From positions 1-27,097 of the IMG/VR virus record IMGVR_UViG_3300025018_000473: 27,097 nt of DNA, one strand, 5' to 3'. Below the pieces are notes generated by a model, which saw only the letters and a list, made by a program, of their open reading frames with translations, was not told where the DNA came from and made no database searches. Numbering within the stretch: position 1 is the first letter of the stretch; every line of letters starts with the position of its first letter. Position numbers and translations under genes: made by a program. Shown piece after piece: positions 24,319-27,097 of this stretch. The DNA is from a virus. Lineage: Duplodnaviria > Caudoviricetes.

Positions 24319-25479
24319 ATGAATATATTCAAAGCTATAAAAAACGCCCTCACTGGAAAAGTGGAAAAAGGGGATGAAGCACAGCTGAAGACAGGGTATA
24401 ATGGACCTATGGAAAACGAGCCCATCGAACAGCCCGGAGCACTCATCGACGACAGGCCAAAAGAGGCGAAAGCCAAAGACTACCGATTCGAAGAGATCGT
24501 GGCATCGGCCGCGCCTGTTCAATGGCGCAAGAAGAGCGCGAGCGAGATCCGAAAGTTCCCTATCTTCGACCAAGGCCGAAGCGGATCGTGCGTAGCGCAG
24601 ACTGGTAAAAAGATGAAGGGAGTGTACGCATACCTGAAGACAGGCGTGTTCTTCCCGGTATCCGCAAGCCACATCTATCAGCGCCGGTCGAACAAACCGA
24701 GCGGAGGCATGATCGGCATCAACTGCTTTGAGATCATGCAGAAGGGAACCTCTCCTGCAGTCTTCGCGACCGACGAGAAAATGAGCGACGCTCAAATGGA
24801 CGCCATCCGAGTGCCAGCATTCGGAGAGCACGTCGGCAAAGCATTCGCAATCGGCAACTACATGGTGGTGGGAACGAGAGACATCGACCTCATCGCCTCA
24901 ATCATCCAAGAGACAGGAAAAGCAGTCATGGTCTGGTTCTACTTCGAGCATAACGAATGGACCGAGAGGCCGAGAGTGAAGAACCCGAACCTAGACCTAT
25001 ACGCAGGAGCAACCGCACGCCACAGCGTCGCGGCTATAGACTTCACTCTGACTGAAGACGGAAAGAAAGCGCTCGTCATCGACGACTCGTGGGGACCAAA
25101 TGCAGGAAACGGCGCAGGCCAGCGCATCGTCGACGAAGACTTCTACCGAGCCCGCAACTGGTTCGCGGCACACTTTATGAACTTCGCCTACGAGAATGGC
25201 GAAGAGCCGTCTGGCAAACCACGGCACACATTCCTTCGAGACCTCGAGTTCTCAGCGATCGTGAAGAACGACGCGGAGGTGGTGGCTCTTCAGGAGTGCC
25301 TCAAGTGGGAGGGCCTGTTCCCTGCGAACGTCGAATCGACAGGGTACTTCGGCTCAATCACCAGGAAGGCGGTCGAAGGCTTCCAGCGAAAGTACGACAT
25401 CGCCCGAGAGGGTGACGCCGGATACGGTCGAGTAGGACCAAAGACGCGGTCAAGATTGAATCAGCTTTATTCGCAATAA
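24319..25479 (+). CDS. Putative endolysin: papain-like (C1) cysteine peptidase plus C-terminal PG_binding_1-like domain
   Basis: DQGRSGSCVA (oxyanion Q and catalytic C), RHSVAA (His), DDSWG (Asn position occupied by Asp); C-terminal VVALQECL...TGYFGSITRKAVEGFQ...GRVGPKTRSRLN. Confidence 0.85.
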   Translation: MNIFKAIKNALTGKVEKGDEAQLKTGYNGPMENEPIEQPGALIDDRPKEAKAKDYRFEEIVASAAPVQWRKKSASEIRKFPIFDQGRSGSCVAQTGKKMKGVYAYLKTGVFFPVSASHIYQRRSNKPSGGMIGINCFEIMQKGTSPAVFATDEKMSDAQMDAIRVPAFGEHVGKAFAIGNYMVVGTRDIDLIASIIQETGKAVMVWFYFEHNEWTERPRVKNPNLDLYAGATARHSVAAIDFTLTEDGKKALVIDDSWGPNAGNGAGQRIVDEDFYRARNWFAAHFMNFAYENGEEPSGKPRHTFLRDLEFSAIVKNDAEVVALQECLKWEGLFPANVESTGYFGSITRKAVEGFQRKYDIAREGDAGYGRVGPKTRSRLNQLYSQ

Positions 25480-25490
25480 CAAATAAACAT

Positions 25491-25769
25491 ATGAACATCC
25501 TCGGCATACTCTTACTATCAACACTCATCGAAGGCACCCTGACATACGTCTTCGGAGAGAACAGCGACACGCCACGACCATGGCTTCGCTACGTGTCCCT
25601 ACTCCTCGGAGTGGGCGCGGCAATCGCGTACCAGATCGACATTCCCGGCATGGCCGGACTCGTGGCGGTAAACGTGTACGTGAACTATGTAGTCTCTGGC
25701 CTCATCCTCGGACGAGGTGCCAACTACATCAATGACATCTTCGCTCTGATCCAGAGCAAGAAGTCCTAG
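25491..25769 (+). CDS. Putative holin
   Basis: 92 aa with three hydrophobic segments, GLILGRGANYINDI and a basic C-terminus; adjacent to the lysin. Confidence 0.8.
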   Translation: MNILGILLLSTLIEGTLTYVFGENSDTPRPWLRYVSLLLGVGAAIAYQIDIPGMAGLVAVNVYVNYVVSGLILGRGANYINDIFALIQSKKS

Positions 25770-25800
25770 CTTCACAGTTCGGAGCCGTGAAAACGGCATT

Positions 25801-26295
25801 ATGACAAAAACAAAAAGAGCAATCATCCTCCTCGTAGCCCTCGCCACTCTCCTCACCTTCGGGTGGGCGCAGAGAGCCGGAGGCAACGACGCGGAGATCA
25901 TAAAAACAGAGGTCCCGGAAGCCCAAGCCGCTCTAACCACGGCGAAGGAAGAAGAGGCCAAGACACCGGAGAAGAAAGAGATCGTAGAAGTGAAGACAGT
26001 ACTGCAGACGACGACGCGTGAAGCGTGGCTCGCCGACTTAATCATGTGCGAAAGCTCCGGCCGACCGCATGCGATAAACGAAGTGGACCGCGACGGTACC
26101 GCCAGCTACGGACTGCTTCAATTCAAGCCGTCAACATTCGAGATGTTCTCAAAGGCATACGGCATACCAGGCGAGCTCATGGACCCGGAAGCGCAGAAAG
26201 CAATCGTGCGCCGGATGATGGACGACTCGAGCGTGAGATGGGAGAACCAATTCCCTGACTGCGTTCGGAAACTCGGCCGTCCTCCACAGCAATAG
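25801..26295 (+). CDS. Lytic transglycosylase/lysozyme-like (SLT) protein with an N-terminal signal anchor
   Basis: Basic then hydrophobic N-terminus; catalytic CESSG and YGLLQF motifs. Confidence 0.8.
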   Translation: MTKTKRAIILLVALATLLTFGWAQRAGGNDAEIIKTEVPEAQAALTTAKEEEAKTPEKKEIVEVKTVLQTTTREAWLADLIMCESSGRPHAINEVDRDGTASYGLLQFKPSTFEMFSKAYGIPGELMDPEAQKAIVRRMMDDSSVRWENQFPDCVRKLGRPPQQ

Positions 26296-26393
26296 CCTTT
26301 CAGAGAAACAAGGAAGGTGTTACGATTACAGGGTCAGGTTACCCGCAAGGGGGCTGTGCTCCGACAGTCGCCTGGCCTTGCTTCGGCTTGGCG

Positions 26394-26420
26394 AAAGACT
26401 CCCATTCGTGGGGGTCTTTT
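26394..26420 (+). terminator. Intrinsic terminator ending the late operon
   Basis: AAAGACTCCCA-TTCG-TGGGGGTCTTTT. Confidence 0.75.
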
Positions 26421-26429
26421 GCATTGGGA

Positions 26430-26518
26430 GGGTCGCACACACGTGCAAGGGGGGTAGCACGCACGTGCCACCGGGGTAGCACAGGTGTGCCACCCCAGGG
26501 GTAGCACAGGTGTGCCAC
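26430..26518. repeat. Four tandem palindromic boxes GGGGTAGCAC-N4-GTGCCAC (iteron/operator-like)
   Basis: Copies at 26451-71, 26473-93 and 26498-518, plus a degenerate copy GGTCGCAC-ACAC-GTGCAA at 26431-48. Confidence 0.85.
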
Positions 26519-26587
26519 ATATAAGTAATAAATATATATAAAAGAAAGGAAGAAAAGAGAGTACGGCGCAGAGCGCCCTCCAACAGC

Positions 26588-26596
26588 TTATCCACA
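26588..26596 (+). promoter_or_regulatory. DnaA box
   Basis: Perfect TTATCCACA, downstream of the AT-rich tract that follows the repeats. Confidence 0.55.
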
Positions 26597-26682
26597 GCAC
26601 AGGCGTTAGCACAAAAGGACAACGCTTGGTATACTCATCAATGAAGGTCGAACTTACAAGCCAAGCAATAACTAATCGGAGC

Positions 26683-27097
26683 ATGAACACATACAAAAGA
26701 GAAATCGAAGCCCGGAGGCCACGATCAGAGTTCGAAGATACACCCCGCGATCGCTTTATAGCGGCCGGGGTCTTCAGTGTACTGATCGCCCTCGCGGTAG
26801 CCTCGCTCGCCTATGGAGTCAAAGCCGTGGTCGCAGGAGTCAGCTACGCTGAAGCCAGCCGGGCAACCGGAGAGTGCGAGAAGTGGGCAGACGAAGCAAA
26901 AGTGTACCCGGGATACTTCCTGGCACCATGGCAGAAGATGCAGTGTGACACATACGGCGTAGCAATCGACGCGCCGGTAACGAGCGCCTCGATGGAGCGC
27001 GGCAACGCGGAGGAAGTCTTCGCGATCAGAGCCTATGAAGACCGGACCGGCCAGAAGGTGGACCGCGTCGGGATGTGCATACACGAAGAGCACCCAT
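26683..27097 (+). CDS. Membrane protein, hypothetical (3' truncated by the window edge)
   Basis: MNTYKREIEARRPRSEFEDTPRDRFIAAGVFSVLIALAVASLAYGV..., open to the end of the window. An in-frame ATG also lies at 26641, 5 nt after TGgTATACT. Confidence 0.65.
   Translation, partial: MNTYKREIEARRPRSEFEDTPRDRFIAAGVFSVLIALAVASLAYGVKAVVAGVSYAEASRATGECEKWADEAKVYPGYFLAPWQKMQCDTYGVAIDAPVTSASMERGNAEEVFAIRAYEDRTGQKVDRVGMCIHEEHP

Noticed and set aside
26430-26518. CRISPR mini-array
   Set aside because: Repeats are separated by only 1-4 nt, with no spacers and no cas genes.
3-27093. Numerous minus-strand ORFs (e.g. 20605-21639, 16501-17304, 11010-11672)
   Set aside because: They are shadows of plus-strand genes, Ser/Phe/Leu-rich with no recognisable motifs.

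Overview
The window is a contiguous, entirely plus-strand block of a tailed dsDNA phage (Caudoviricetes), most likely podovirus-like, since no tail tube, sheath or tape-measure gene is evident. From left to right it carries: a DNA-modification cluster (a decayed N6A/N4C methyltransferase, a DEDDh exonuclease, a C5 methyltransferase, an intact N6A/N4C methyltransferase and a NUMOD3-HNH endonuclease); a hairpin-rich non-coding stretch ending in a tRNA-like RNA; small and large terminases; portal, accessory head proteins, scaffold and major capsid; fibre, adaptor and nozzle proteins; LysM and large putative ejection proteins; a four-gene lysis cassette (membrane coiled-coil protein, papain-like peptidase with a peptidoglycan-binding domain, holin, lytic transglycosylase); and a putative origin (palindromic repeats, AT-rich tract, DnaA box). 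SD-less A-rich leaders and the style of the PG-binding domain suggest a Patescibacteria/CPR-like host (inference). The most unusual element is a CCA-ending cloverleaf at 3914-4023 whose anticodon loop is replaced by a 42-nt hairpin capped by a GNRA tetraloop. A second T-arm minihelix at 14297-14341 shares an exact 15-mer with it, and both end at the ATG of a small basic ORF. All calls come from reading motifs by eye; no database searches were run.
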